Part shown: piece after piece, positions 10,276 to 20,187 of the stretch
Layout: every line of letters begins with the position of its first letter
How positions within the stretch are numbered: position 1 is the stretch's first letter
Source: Marispirochaeta sp.
GTDB taxonomy: Bacteria > Spirochaetota > Spirochaetia > JC444 > Marispirochaetaceae
Reading direction: 5' to 3'
NCBI GenBank assembly: GCA_963676835.2
Contig: CAXXFF010000001.1
Coordinates: forward strand, 384,001 to 448,000
DNA: 64,000 nt
Translations under genes and position numbers: made by a program
The notes under the pieces: model-generated
Told to the model about the DNA's origin: nothing
The model's database searches: none
What the model saw: only the letters and a program-made list of their open reading frames with translations

Positions 10276-10336
10276 CTCCTAAAATATACTGTATTTATAC
10301 CCATTAATACAGCGGGAACCTGTCCCATGCTTCACC

Positions 10337-10398
10337 GAAAGGAGAAAGGAGAAAGGAGAAAGGAGAAAGGAAAGGAAAGGAAAGGAAAGGAAAGGAGA
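10337..10398. repeat. Homopurine simple tandem repeat
   Basis: (GAAAGGA)x4 GAAAGG (AAAGG)x5 AGA: 62 nt with no pyrimidine. Confidence 0.95.
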
Positions 10399-11379
10399 TC
10401 AGATAAAATCTTTAACCAGGTTTTTCAGATCTTCAGCAACCTTCGCATCAGAAAAAAGATCATCAATAACATTCGCTATTTCGGCAGCCTTCAGTTTTAA
10501 CCCCTTCATGCCTTCGGCTAACTCCTCAAAAGGCTGATCAAGCAGACTGTCGGAACTGACTATACATGATTCAATTACACCACTGACAACTGACAGGTCC
10601 ATGACAATTACGCCCCATTCGAATTTACGGCTGTGACTTATTGCCGCCCGGGGACTCTTTGCAACCGTCCATTGCCAGTCGGCATAGAATGAACTGTAAT
10701 CGGCAATCACACTGCTGTCCGGTGTTTCTTTCGCCGTCAAACTCCCCGCATATTCCCGATCGAAGGAGTCAACCAGGGCTGATTTTAATCCTTCAATGGT
10801 AAGGCTGCTGTTCAGCTCCTTCAGGTTGACTACCCGTGAACGGACGGATTCAATACCTTTATCCTGAAGTTTAATCTTCGGCGGTGTCAGGTAACTGCCA
10901 AGCTCCTGCATATTAACATCCACCAGCAGTGTTCCGTGATGACACTGTACGGACTTGCCATTAATAAATGCGTTACCGGAAAACTTCATATTATCCACGG
11001 CAATATCGTTTCTTCCGGTTTGTACCGCTTCAATGCCCCAGGGTTTTAAAGCTTCAAGAATAACCTTGAAGTGCCGGTTCTGATCGTAGTTTTCACGGTG
11101 GGCAATAAAGGTAAAATTCAGATTCCCCAGATCGTGAAAAACAGCACCGCCGCCGGATCGTCTGCGCACAAGATGAATCCCGTTTTTTTCCAGATTAATC
11201 AGGTTGCATTCCTTGTAGGGATTCTGGTGCTTTCCGATGACTATGGTTTTTCTGTTCTGCCACAGATAGAGAATAACTTCATCCTGCTTACATATGGAAA
11301 TCAGATAGTCCTCCAGCCCCAGGTTCTCTGCAGGGTTAAACCCGGAGGAGATATATACAGATTTTTTCAGTTCCAACAT
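10399..11379 (-). CDS. lplA: Lipoate-protein ligase A
   Basis: RRRSGGGAVFHDLGNLN, KFSGNA, HHGTLL and SVRSRV motifs. Confidence 0.92.
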   Translation of the reverse strand: MLELKKSVYISSGFNPAENLGLEDYLISICKQDEVILYLWQNRKTIVIGKHQNPYKECNLINLEKNGIHLVRRRSGGGAVFHDLGNLNFTFIAHRENYDQNRHFKVILEALKPWGIEAVQTGRNDIAVDNMKFSGNAFINGKSVQCHHGTLLVDVNMQELGSYLTPPKIKLQDKGIESVRSRVVNLKELNSSLTIEGLKSALVDSFDREYAGSLTAKETPDSSVIADYSSFYADWQWTVAKSPRAAISHSRKFEWGVIVMDLSVVSGVIESCIVSSDSLLDQPFEELAEGMKGLKLKAAEIANVIDDLFSDAKVAEDLKNLVKDFI

Positions 11380-11425
11380 ATAATTCCTTTTAAACTAACA
11401 TACTGACATTCTGATTTTTTAGAAC

Positions 11426-12229
11426 TTATGCTTTTCCACCCTGATGCTCACCGTCATCATTTTTCTCTTTAGTGTGCTCCCCTTTATTATCCTCTTCACT
11501 ATTATTTTCTTCACTGTTCTCAAAGGTAAACTCAAAGGATGCATTGGGGTATTCGGGGTAAAGATAGGCCCGGGTAAAGGCTTCTATCCCTGCAACTGCT
11601 TCCTTCAGACTCTCCGTGGGTTTTTTGCCATAGCGGGCTATCTGAACTATGAATTCAAACTTCAGCTTCTCGTGATGGGATATATTGTTAAGGGTGTCAA
11701 AAATCAGGCGTTCTACGTCGTAGGCCAGCCGTTTTTCGTCCATATGCCCGATAAAAAAGACAATACTTTTACCGTCTTCGATAACCTTGTCAGTCTCCAT
11801 GGCATTACAGCTGCTCTCTTCAATTTCCGGATACCCGACGGTATAGAAGATATTGTTTTCCACATTGCTGAACTGCAGGCTGCCAATAGGTTCCAGGGTT
11901 TCAAGATTTATCATCTGATAATACACGAGCCCTTTCTCAACCTTAGAATGGTATGCCTTGTAGAGAAAATAGTGAACCTGCTTTCCTTTTACATCCATGG
12001 AAGCAAGATCGCTGACAACAAAGGCTGTTGATTCTCCCAGACTATCCAGAGTGGCAGTGACAAAATCATTACTGAAAGATTCCATCTCTATTTTCCGTAT
12101 ACTTTCGCTTTTCTGCTGTATCCACATACGGTTGGGACGGGAAACGGCCTGGTCTTTTCTGGCGAGAAAAGTTTCATTTATTTCTTTTATGAGGGACTGT
12201 AACGACACTGCTGCTTGTAGATATTCCAT
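11426..12229 (-). CDS. Hypothetical protein with an acidic C-terminal tail
   Basis: 267-aa ORF collinear with its neighbours; no recognised motif. Confidence 0.65.
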   Translation of the reverse strand: MEYLQAAVSLQSLIKEINETFLARKDQAVSRPNRMWIQQKSESIRKIEMESFSNDFVTATLDSLGESTAFVVSDLASMDVKGKQVHYFLYKAYHSKVEKGLVYYQMINLETLEPIGSLQFSNVENNIFYTVGYPEIEESSCNAMETDKVIEDGKSIVFFIGHMDEKRLAYDVERLIFDTLNNISHHEKLKFEFIVQIARYGKKPTESLKEAVAGIEAFTRAYLYPEYPNASFEFTFENSEENNSEEDNKGEHTKEKNDDGEHQGGKA

Positions 12230-12364
12230 GACTCAACCCTGCTGCCTTTTTCGATCTCTCTATCTATATCAGTTCAATAATCCGACGGGAAAGTTACTGA
12301 TTTTGTAATAAATAGTTTAGCAGGAATTCCAGTTCGTTTACAGCAGAAACAACCGGTAAGACAC

Positions 12365-12883
12365 TTAATCCAAATAGACAGACTGGGAAAAAGAGGCGGA
12401 AAAGTGAAACTCAACCCGGTCCCGAAGGTTTTTTCCGTTTTTAGCGAAATAAACCAGATCATCGCTGGAACTGAACTCCTTTAAATGGAGCCGCCAGGTG
12501 TTATTCGGCAGAGTTTCCGGATACAGAAAGTAAATCATCCCGGGTTGTGCATTAATATCAATTTCCACTGCATCACCTACAGTCTTCCCACTGTTGTAAA
12601 ATACTGTTCTCAGGGTATATCCGCCGGGTTGTATATCGAAGGTGTACGGCATGGACATGGGAGACGGTTGATCCTTGGTAAAAGGCCAGAGGTTCTCACC
12701 GGTTTTCAGAATACTAAGACCAACCGGATAAAGATAGCGACCCATTACAATAACAGAAACATTTTCGCGTTCACCGGGATTTCCATGATAAAAGTAATAC
12801 CGGGAATCACTGCTTGTCTGGCAGCCGGCAATAATAAAAATGGCGGCAAAAAGAAAAAAAAGAATTATGTATTTTTTTGACAT
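12365..12883 (-). CDS. Hypothetical lipoprotein
   Basis: Lipobox signal MSKKYIILFFLFAAIFIIAGC. Confidence 0.7.
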   Translation of the reverse strand: MSKKYIILFFLFAAIFIIAGCQTSSDSRYYFYHGNPGERENVSVIVMGRYLYPVGLSILKTGENLWPFTKDQPSPMSMPYTFDIQPGGYTLRTVFYNSGKTVGDAVEIDINAQPGMIYFLYPETLPNNTWRLHLKEFSSSDDLVYFAKNGKNLRDRVEFHFSASFSQSVYLD

Positions 12884-12965
12884 AGCTATATTCCTGTGAA
12901 TAATCTCATTTCAATATAGCATATTTCATTGCGGAAAACATAAAATTTCTATACCGTATAGAACT

Positions 12966-14102
12966 ATGAGTACAATTTGGACCAAGACAAACACAGACAG
13001 AAAAAGACTGAGTGAAGATATTGCAGTACTGCTGAATGCTGCCGGTGCGGACGACTGGCTGGGAATGCCCGAAGCTCCTGTGCTGTTGAAACCCAATCTG
13101 GTTGTCGGCAAACCTGCGTCATCGGGGGCTACAACTACCCCTGAAATTGTTGCGGGTCTCATAGAGTGGCTCCTTGAAAAGGGTTTTAAAAATCTTGCCA
13201 TTTCCGAGGGTTCCTGGGTGGGAGATTCCACCGCCAGAGCCTTTAAAACCTGCGGATATACCGCCCTGAGCAAACACTACAATATACCGCTGATTGATCT
13301 GCAGAAAGACGATTCCGTCGAGGTTGAAACCCCTGCGGGGACCTTTGAAATCTGCAGAACCATCGCAGACCTTGAGTTCAACGGTGGTAGCCTGATCAAT
13401 ATGCCCCTGGTAAAAGGCCACGGCCAGACCCATATGACCTGTGCCCTCAAGAATATGAAAGGCTGTATCCCCGACTCCGAAAAACGGCGCTATCACCGTT
13501 TGGGAGTACATAAACCGGTGGCAGTAGTCAACACCATTATTAAACCTGCCTTTGCCCTGGTGGACGGACTGAATCCTGATCCTTACTGGGAAGAGGGAGG
13601 AAGCCCTGAGAAGCGGGACCTTCTTCTGGTTGGAAGAGATCCTGTAGCCATGGACAGCTACGCATGCAAACTGCTGGGCATGACCGATGAGGATGTGCAG
13701 TATGTTGGACTCGCAGAGCAGCTCGGTATAGGTACAGGCCATATTTCCGATGAAGATATTATCAACCTTGACGGCGCTGCGGTTGAAGCAAGCGCTGCCA
13801 GACAGGAAAAATCAGAAGTAAAGGAATGGATCGACAATCTGGTCGATCAGCAGTCCGCCTGCTCCTCGTGTTTCGGGAACCTGGCATCCGCACTGCGGGC
13901 CCTCCAGGAAGAGTATCCTGATTTTATCAAGACAAGCTCTCCCGGCCTCTGTATCGGCCAGGACTTTCAGGGCGTGAAACTTCCCGGAGACAAACGGGGG
14001 ATCGGAATCTGTACCGTTACCGGCAGCAATCAATCCCTGAAAGGCTGCCCACCATCCCGGGACAGAATGATTGAGTACCTGAAAAAAGAGTATTCACTGT
14101 AA
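12966..14102 (+). CDS. DUF362-domain protein with a Cys-rich (possible Fe-S) C-terminus
   Basis: LKPNLV, TTTPE, KGH...TCALKNMKG and DPVAMD; C-terminal CSSC...C...C...GCPP. Confidence 0.8.
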   Translation: MSTIWTKTNTDRKRLSEDIAVLLNAAGADDWLGMPEAPVLLKPNLVVGKPASSGATTTPEIVAGLIEWLLEKGFKNLAISEGSWVGDSTARAFKTCGYTALSKHYNIPLIDLQKDDSVEVETPAGTFEICRTIADLEFNGGSLINMPLVKGHGQTHMTCALKNMKGCIPDSEKRRYHRLGVHKPVAVVNTIIKPAFALVDGLNPDPYWEEGGSPEKRDLLLVGRDPVAMDSYACKLLGMTDEDVQYVGLAEQLGIGTGHISDEDIINLDGAAVEASAARQEKSEVKEWIDNLVDQQSACSSCFGNLASALRALQEEYPDFIKTSSPGLCIGQDFQGVKLPGDKRGIGICTVTGSNQSLKGCPPSRDRMIEYLKKEYSL

Positions 14103-14106
14103 TTTA

Positions 14107-14183
14107 AAGGCACTTCTAAAAACATAGTATTTTTGCCATAGCCCAGGGGGATATGGAGAAAAGAGTAGTTTTTGAGGCGGCCT
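14107..14183. mobile_element. MITE-like element, internally deleted copy (77 bp)
   Basis: Ends AAGGCACTTCTAAAAAC and GTTTTTGAGGCGGCCT, flanked by TA on both sides; matches both ends of the copy at 17362-17519. Confidence 0.7.
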
Positions 14184-14267
14184 TATTCCATAACATCCCC
14201 GGCATGTTCCTCTGCCGGGGATATTTCCATTTACCCACAATTTTCTACAGCATCAGGGAAATCCGCA

Positions 14268-15005
14268 ATGAAAAACAAAACTATCGTTACACTGATTATT
14301 TCACTGGCAGTCTCATCGGTACTGCTTTTCGCGCTTCACTTTTTTCTGTTTCATGACCTCCATCATATTGCCATCTACACAGTTCACGATCTGGCTTTTC
14401 TGCCGGTAGAAGTACTGATTGTATCACTCTTTCTTCATGGGATTATTGAGTCGGATCAAAAAAAGCAGATGATGGAGAAGATGAACATAGCAATTGGTAT
14501 GTTCTTCAGTGACGGCGGTACAGAGCTCCTGAAAATGATAACCGGCCTGGACAAGGGTTCTGAAGGAATAAGCCGTCATCTGCAGATTAATCCAAACTGG
14601 AAGAGAGATAATTTTAGAGATGCTGCACAAGCCATTGAACAGTACGAAGGAAATCTGCAGGCATCCATGCCCAGCCTGAAAGAGCTTGAAACTTTTCTCA
14701 GTGCAAAGCGGGACACTGTTATGCGGCTGCTGGAGAACCCCAACCTGATGGAGCATGAATACTTTACCGATCTTCTCTGGGCGGTATTTCACCTGGCAGA
14801 AGAACTGATAGCCCGTCATGGACTTTCAGAACTGCCGGAGAACGATTTGAAACACGTAGCCATTGATATAATGAGGGTATACCGGCTGCTGCTGCGGGAA
14901 TGGCTTAAATACATGAAGCATCTGCAGAAACAATATCCCTACCTGTTCTCCATGGCAGTCAGAACAAATCCTCTCAATAAAAACGCTGAGGTGATCTTTA
15001 AATAA
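14268..15005 (+). CDS. Conserved-looking hypothetical membrane protein
   Basis: Two N-terminal TM segments, then a soluble domain (LLENPNLMEHEYFTDLLWAVFHLAEEL). Start set at ATG 14268 because the longer ORF begins inside the MITE. Confidence 0.75.
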   Translation: MKNKTIVTLIISLAVSSVLLFALHFFLFHDLHHIAIYTVHDLAFLPVEVLIVSLFLHGIIESDQKKQMMEKMNIAIGMFFSDGGTELLKMITGLDKGSEGISRHLQINPNWKRDNFRDAAQAIEQYEGNLQASMPSLKELETFLSAKRDTVMRLLENPNLMEHEYFTDLLWAVFHLAEELIARHGLSELPENDLKHVAIDIMRVYRLLLREWLKYMKHLQKQYPYLFSMAVRTNPLNKNAEVIFK

Positions 15006-15007
15006 GC

Positions 15008-15031
15008 GCACCCTTCGAAGACTCAGGGTGC
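15008..15031. terminator. Hairpin between convergent genes (terminator or REP-like)
   Basis: GCACCCT-TCGAAGACTC-AGGGTGC. Confidence 0.5.
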
Positions 15032-15059
15032 CCTATTAAGAATCCATACACAGCCGGTA

Positions 15060-16541
15060 TCAACCAAGCGGGGAGTACATGGTGTTCAGGCTGGCGGCAT
15101 ATTGCCGGTAACGGTTAAAACAGCTCTTATAGAGTTCATGCTCTTTTGTATCGGGTGAATAACTGGTCATACCGGCAGATTGGGACATTCCGCTTTGCAG
15201 TTTGCCCAGTCTTTCAAGTCCATATACAGCAGCACCATAGCAGGAGTCTATTCCCTTGACCGCGGTTAGTTTCCTGTTTAGCAGTGTGCTCAGTGTCTGC
15301 ATCAGAACCCGGTTGGATCCGCCGCCGCCGACCACAAGTACTGTTTCCGGTAAATTTTCTGCACCACCCAGTGCAAGTAGAGCATCACACAGAGAGTAGG
15401 CAACTCCCTCCAGGACTGAGCGGGCAAAATGAGGTGACCCATGGCGGAAAGATATTCCGGTAAAGCTTCCACGGAGATCGGCATTCCAGTACGGGGTCCT
15501 TTCACCGGAAAGATAGGGATGAAACAACAGTCCTTCACAACCGGAAGGTGCCTCTGACGCAAGAGCTTCCAGCGCGGCAAACCCTTCCCGGTTCCGTTCA
15601 AGCCCGGCAGATTCCATTGCCCAGTTGATGGCGGAACCGGCGGAGTTGGTTCCCGCCTGGGAGTACCATAGATTATCCGCCAGGTATGGATAGGTAAGCA
15701 GCCCCCGCACAGGAGAAGGATTCTCCTTAATAATGTGAATCCCGCCGGCTGTCCCTATGCGGATAACATAGTCTCCGGACTGACGTGCCCCGGCCCCCCA
15801 TGTTTCCATGGCACTGTCGAGGGCACCGCTGAGTACCGGAATTCCCTCCCTGAGGCCGAGCAATGCGGCTCCATCTGCATGCAGAACACCAACGATCTCG
15901 TCCGCCGGAGTAATCCGGGGCAGCTGTTCCGTTTTTATCCCTGCCATGGCTGCAAGTTCTTCAGACCAGCTCTCCGTGGCCGTATTGCAGAGCATGGAAG
16001 AGACAGCAGTTGCAAAATCCGTAGTCCAGGCGCCGGTAAGGTGATGGATGAGGTAATCCTTGCTGAAACTTACCCGCTCCACACGGGAAAGTATTTCCGG
16101 TTCATTCCTCTGTATCCAGAGGAAATGAGGCAGTGTCCAGGTGGGTGCTACCTGGTTGCAGGTTTGTTTAAAAATAAAATCATCCGCGCTGTTCTTCAGC
16201 TCTTCCACTTCTGAGGAAGACCGCTGATCGCTCCACAGCAGGGCACGGCGAAGACTGCCTCCTTCGTTATCAGACAGAACACCGATATGGGCTGCGCAGG
16301 TAGGGATTACTGCAGCAATCCGCCGGGGATCAATTCCTGTATCAGCAAGCAGACGGCGGGATGCTGCAGCGACAGCATTAAGCCAGTCCGCCGGTTCCTG
16401 CTCGGCCCAACCGGCTTTTTCTGACCAGGTTGGATATCCTTCCACTGCACTGCCTATGGTCTGTCCGGTTACATCGACAATGGCAAGCTTGCACGAACTC
16501 GTACCGAGATCTATGCCCAGTATGCAGTCAGATTCTTTCAC
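15060..16541 (-). CDS. FGGY-family carbohydrate kinase (xylulokinase-like)
   Basis: GIDLGTSSCK, LWSDQRS, PYLSGERTP and VLEGVA. Confidence 0.88.
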   Translation of the reverse strand: MKESDCILGIDLGTSSCKLAIVDVTGQTIGSAVEGYPTWSEKAGWAEQEPADWLNAVAAASRRLLADTGIDPRRIAAVIPTCAAHIGVLSDNEGGSLRRALLWSDQRSSSEVEELKNSADDFIFKQTCNQVAPTWTLPHFLWIQRNEPEILSRVERVSFSKDYLIHHLTGAWTTDFATAVSSMLCNTATESWSEELAAMAGIKTEQLPRITPADEIVGVLHADGAALLGLREGIPVLSGALDSAMETWGAGARQSGDYVIRIGTAGGIHIIKENPSPVRGLLTYPYLADNLWYSQAGTNSAGSAINWAMESAGLERNREGFAALEALASEAPSGCEGLLFHPYLSGERTPYWNADLRGSFTGISFRHGSPHFARSVLEGVAYSLCDALLALGGAENLPETVLVVGGGGSNRVLMQTLSTLLNRKLTAVKGIDSCYGAAVYGLERLGKLQSGMSQSAGMTSYSPDTKEHELYKSCFNRYRQYAASLNTMYSPLG

Positions 16542-16547
16542 GAAGAG

Positions 16548-17303
16548 TTACCCTTCCCCGCCGAGAAACAGGGTCTGATATTCTTTGAGAGCTTTGTTCA
16601 TCAGTCCCATATCATGGGACAAGAGAAAAAAGTCAGCTCCGGCACTGTACCATTTATCCAGATCCGAAGGATTTCCAACACTTATCCCTACAGCAACACC
16701 GTGCTGTTTGGCGGAACTGAAAACCTTTTTCACCGCGTCTTCAAAACCCTCTTCGCGGCCGGTTCTTTTCATGGAAAACCTGAGATCGCTTGCACCGATA
16801 AGACAGGCAGTTACACCGGGAACGGAAAGAATATCCGCCGATTTTTCCGCAGCCTCCGCTGTTTCGATCATAACAATAACCTGGACCTTTTCATTGATAT
16901 AATCAAAATAGTCATCACCGTAAAAGACACCGGCAGGACTGCTCTTTGAACGCATTCCAAGGGGCGGATAATAGGCTCCTTTAACCGCTTTTTCCGCTTC
17001 TTCCCTGCTTTCCACCATGGGAACGATTATCCCTGCAGCACCGGCATCAAGCAGATTATTAATGGAACCGGAGTCGTTGTTAGCCACCCGGCCAATGGGA
17101 ACGGGTCCTCCGGAACGGGCAAGACAGCGAATCGCGCTGGTGGCATCTGCCTTGTCAAAGTGTCCGTGCTGCATATCTACCATGGCATAATCAAAACGTG
17201 TCCGCCCTACCATTTCAGCTATACGTACACTTCCCAGGCAGACACCGAAACCGATAACCGGTTTATTACCGGAAAGTTTAATTTCCCTGAATCCATCTTT
17301 CAT
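16548..17303 (-). CDS. HpcH/HpaI-family aldolase
   Basis: DMQHG, LDAGAAGIIVPMV, YPPLGMRS and MIET. Confidence 0.88.
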   Translation of the reverse strand: MKDGFREIKLSGNKPVIGFGVCLGSVRIAEMVGRTRFDYAMVDMQHGHFDKADATSAIRCLARSGGPVPIGRVANNDSGSINNLLDAGAAGIIVPMVESREEAEKAVKGAYYPPLGMRSKSSPAGVFYGDDYFDYINEKVQVIVMIETAEAAEKSADILSVPGVTACLIGASDLRFSMKRTGREEGFEDAVKKVFSSAKQHGVAVGISVGNPSDLDKWYSAGADFFLLSHDMGLMNKALKEYQTLFLGGEG

Positions 17304-17361
17304 AACAAGTTCAAATCTCCTTTTTCATTTTAAGCATCGGCTTTAGAGGAGTTTTAACTTA

Positions 17362-17519
17362 CGGGCACTTCTAAAAACGTAGTATTTTTGCCATAGCCCA
17401 GGAGGATAGATTTTATAGCGCCCGCACCCTGCACCAAAATTGTTTTGGTGCAGGGGAGGACCGCGGGAAATCTTGACGACGCAGGATATGGAGAAAAGAG
17501 TAGTTTTTAGAGGTGGCCT
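17362..17519. mobile_element. MITE-like element, long copy (158 bp)
   Basis: Imperfect 17-bp TIRs CGGGCACTTCTAAAAAC / GTTTTTAGAGGTGGCCT, TA on both flanks, and an internal perfect 13-bp stem at 17427-17455. Confidence 0.75.
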
Positions 17520-17551
17520 TACGGGCAGGTCAGAGAAAGAAGAAATATTAT

Positions 17552-18718
17552 TCAGCGGAATTCCCGGACCATCTGATCAACAGCAAGCTTATCCATCCCA
17601 ATCTCTGCAAGCACATTATCGTCCAGTGCATGAATAAAGAGATCTATACCCAGAGCTTTCCAGGCGATATGTGAAGCTGCATATACAATGTAAACAAACT
17701 TCGGCTTCATACATGAACAGCCGGACAAAAGCCGGTAATTGAGGGCACTTTCTATATAGGGAATCGGCATCCCCCACCAGTTGAGCAGAAAACCGCCGGC
17801 TTCCATGTGATCATACCCAAGAATTTCCTGTTCAATTTCAGCAATATCCCTGGCAGGATTTTTTTTCTTTTCAGTTAACACGGCATCATATTGATTCCCG
17901 AGTTTGCTCATAAGCAGTATGAGACCTATTGTATGCAGAAGCCCTGCTGAACCCAGTTCGGCACTCATTTTCAGGGAATCCTTCAGGGAGAAGAGATATT
18001 TTACAATCCTGTTGGTAAGAAAAGCATGTTCCCAGAGCTTAAGCTTCTCAAGCTTGTCTGCATTAGCTTTAAATACATCGGTGGCAATAATAATCTGTTG
18101 TACATTTAAAAGACCGATCATCATAATGGCCTGCTTTATAGAGCTTGCATTGCATCCATAATGAGCCCGGTTGGCAATACGCAGGATATTTGCAGAAATT
18201 ACAAAATCACGATTAATCTGTTCGGTAATCTCGTCTACCGACGCATCATCCCGGATCATTGCAGATATTTCCTGATGAAGCTTCGGCAGCGTCGGAAGAC
18301 CGCCCAGCTCATCCATCCTGTCATTTAAATGCTGATCGGTCATACGCTCTTTAATAGAAAGCAGCCTCTCAATATCCTGAAGAAGCTCGTCATTCTGCCA
18401 GGGTTTGTGAATATAAAACTGCAGCAGGTTTTCTATAATTGCATTGGTTACCCGTTTGTTATCTGAATATCCGCTTAACATACCCCGAAAAGCGGAGGGA
18501 TACAGTTCCCGAACCTTATTCAGAAAAGTAAGACCATCCATTTCAGGCATCATCATATCGGTAATCACCATATCCGGCATGCCATTTTCTGCCATATGGT
18601 CCAGAGCTTCCTGTCCGCTTTCAAAATAGCTGCATTCATAACTGCTGCGGAACAATACCCTGCGGATAGCCCGCAAAATCATCTGCTCATCGTCGACAAA
18701 AACAATCTTCCAGCTCAT
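17552..18718 (-). CDS. Response regulator with an HDOD output domain
   Basis: REC domain (FVDDE, TDMMMP, KPW) plus HDOD (LPTLP, ILRIAN, GLLHTIG, DHMEAG). Confidence 0.88.
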   Translation of the reverse strand: MSWKIVFVDDEQMILRAIRRVLFRSSYECSYFESGQEALDHMAENGMPDMVITDMMMPEMDGLTFLNKVRELYPSAFRGMLSGYSDNKRVTNAIIENLLQFYIHKPWQNDELLQDIERLLSIKERMTDQHLNDRMDELGGLPTLPKLHQEISAMIRDDASVDEITEQINRDFVISANILRIANRAHYGCNASSIKQAIMMIGLLNVQQIIIATDVFKANADKLEKLKLWEHAFLTNRIVKYLFSLKDSLKMSAELGSAGLLHTIGLILLMSKLGNQYDAVLTEKKKNPARDIAEIEQEILGYDHMEAGGFLLNWWGMPIPYIESALNYRLLSGCSCMKPKFVYIVYAASHIAWKALGIDLFIHALDDNVLAEIGMDKLAVDQMVREFR

Positions 18719-18744
18719 TTGATTCTCCAGAGTACTTCAGGCTC

Positions 18745-20187
18745 TCATTCAACAGGAAAGACCAGGGTAAACCTTGTTCCTTCACCCGGTTTTGTTTCAA
18801 CAGATATTTCCCCTTTGTTCTGCCGCACAAGATCGAAGGCAATACTCATTCCCAGTCCGGTCCCTTTTCCGATGGGTTTTGTGGTGAAAAACGGACTGAA
18901 GATTTTGTCGGCAGTAGCCTGATCCATACCGATACCGTTATCTCCGATAACGCAGGTAACGGTACTGCCATCGGAATCCACCTCAATGTCAATAACAGGC
19001 TTACGATCTGTCAGGCCATCAAAAGCATCCACGGCATTCATGATTATGTTCAGCAGAACCTGATTTATCTGGCTTCCGTGGCAGTTGATCCGGGGTATAT
19101 CAGGACCGGAATTTCTGATCACTTCCACCCGCCCCTTAAGTCGGCTTCCGGCAACAATAAGAGTATTGTCAATTCCTTCCATGATGTCATATGAGAATGT
19201 CCCACCCTCGTCTCCGGCATGAGAAAAATAGCGCAGGCCGTCGACAATCTTCCGTACCCGGTTAATACCTATCTCTACAGATTCCATAAGTTCATAGATA
19301 TCTTCTCGGATAAACTCAAGCTTCTTAGAATGAAGGGTTTCCTGTATTTTGCCTATTCTGCTTTTAATCTCTTTTATCGAATTTTCTGCCAGAGCCTCGG
19401 TACTAAATCTGCTGCAGAGATCCAGAGTTTCCATAAAAACAGCGGTATAATCGTTGAGAACTGTATGGTTACTGAGAATGAAAGCCAGGGGATTATTGAT
19501 TTCATGAGCAACTCCTGCTGCAATCTGACCTATTGCCACCATCTGTTCCTGGCGGACCATCTGGCTTTGAGCCCGCTTCAATTCCTCGATGGTAGCGGCA
19601 AGATTGCTATTGCTCTCTTTTAATCTCTGCTCGGACCTCAATCTGGCAAAGGCATTACTGAACAACTCGCTGGCTACTTTAAGAATTGTGGTATCTGCCT
19701 TTGTCCATTTACCCAGGCTGCGGGTGTTGTCAAAACCGACAAAACCAACTAACTCTCCGGAAATATTAAGAGGAAGAACGAGTACAGAAAGGATATCCTG
19801 TGATTCAAGAGCCTCCTTTTCTGCAGCAGCTTCCGGGCCGAGGAGAGAAACATCATGAATGTCGAGAATCTCTCCCTTGCCCAGCTGCTGTATCCACCAG
19901 GGAAACATTGAGAGCGGGAGGTTCTGGAGTTTATGCTGTTCCGGCTCAACACCCCGGTCACACCATTCAAAGGTGTTATGCATAAACTTCCGGCTGGAAT
20001 CAAACTCGAAAAGGTAGGCTCTGCCTGCATCACAGAAAGTCCCTATACGTTCAAGTGCTTCATTAACGGCATCGGTTACTTCGTTGACCATTACAAACTT
20101 GCGGGCTACTTCCGCTATCAGCTTTTCGAGCTCAAGTTGTCTTTCAAGATCATGGGTGTTCATCTGACTGCGATCTGATCTCCTCAC
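18745..20187 (-). CDS. GAF-domain sensor histidine kinase
   Basis: N-terminal GAF domain, AHEINNPL H-box, NQVLLNIIMNA, and PFFTTK..GKGTGLG. Confidence 0.9.
   Translation of the reverse strand: MRRSDRSQMNTHDLERQLELEKLIAEVARKFVMVNEVTDAVNEALERIGTFCDAGRAYLFEFDSSRKFMHNTFEWCDRGVEPEQHKLQNLPLSMFPWWIQQLGKGEILDIHDVSLLGPEAAAEKEALESQDILSVLVLPLNISGELVGFVGFDNTRSLGKWTKADTTILKVASELFSNAFARLRSEQRLKESNSNLAATIEELKRAQSQMVRQEQMVAIGQIAAGVAHEINNPLAFILSNHTVLNDYTAVFMETLDLCSRFSTEALAENSIKEIKSRIGKIQETLHSKKLEFIREDIYELMESVEIGINRVRKIVDGLRYFSHAGDEGGTFSYDIMEGIDNTLIVAGSRLKGRVEVIRNSGPDIPRINCHGSQINQVLLNIIMNAVDAFDGLTDRKPVIDIEVDSDGSTVTCVIGDNGIGMDQATADKIFSPFFTTKPIGKGTGLGMSIAFDLVRQNKGEISVETKPGEGTRFTLVFPVE

Larger units (their letters stand above)
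9421..10335 (-). repeat. Tandem duplication of a gene plus about 60 bp of upstream DNA
   Basis: Units about 9421-9795 and 9841-10335 align from the stop codon to ...ATGCTTCAC. Confidence 0.9.

Noticed and set aside
9421..10335. Repeats as a possible CRISPR array or DGR template/variable pair
   Set aside because: They are whole-gene duplications with in-frame coding repeats. There are no spacers, cas genes or reverse transcriptase, and differences are not limited to adenines.
11444..12031. 195-aa plus-strand ORF and other long antisense ORFs (13119-13742, 41504-42103, 56592-57167)
   Set aside because: Each lies opposite a better-supported gene and shows no recognisable motif.
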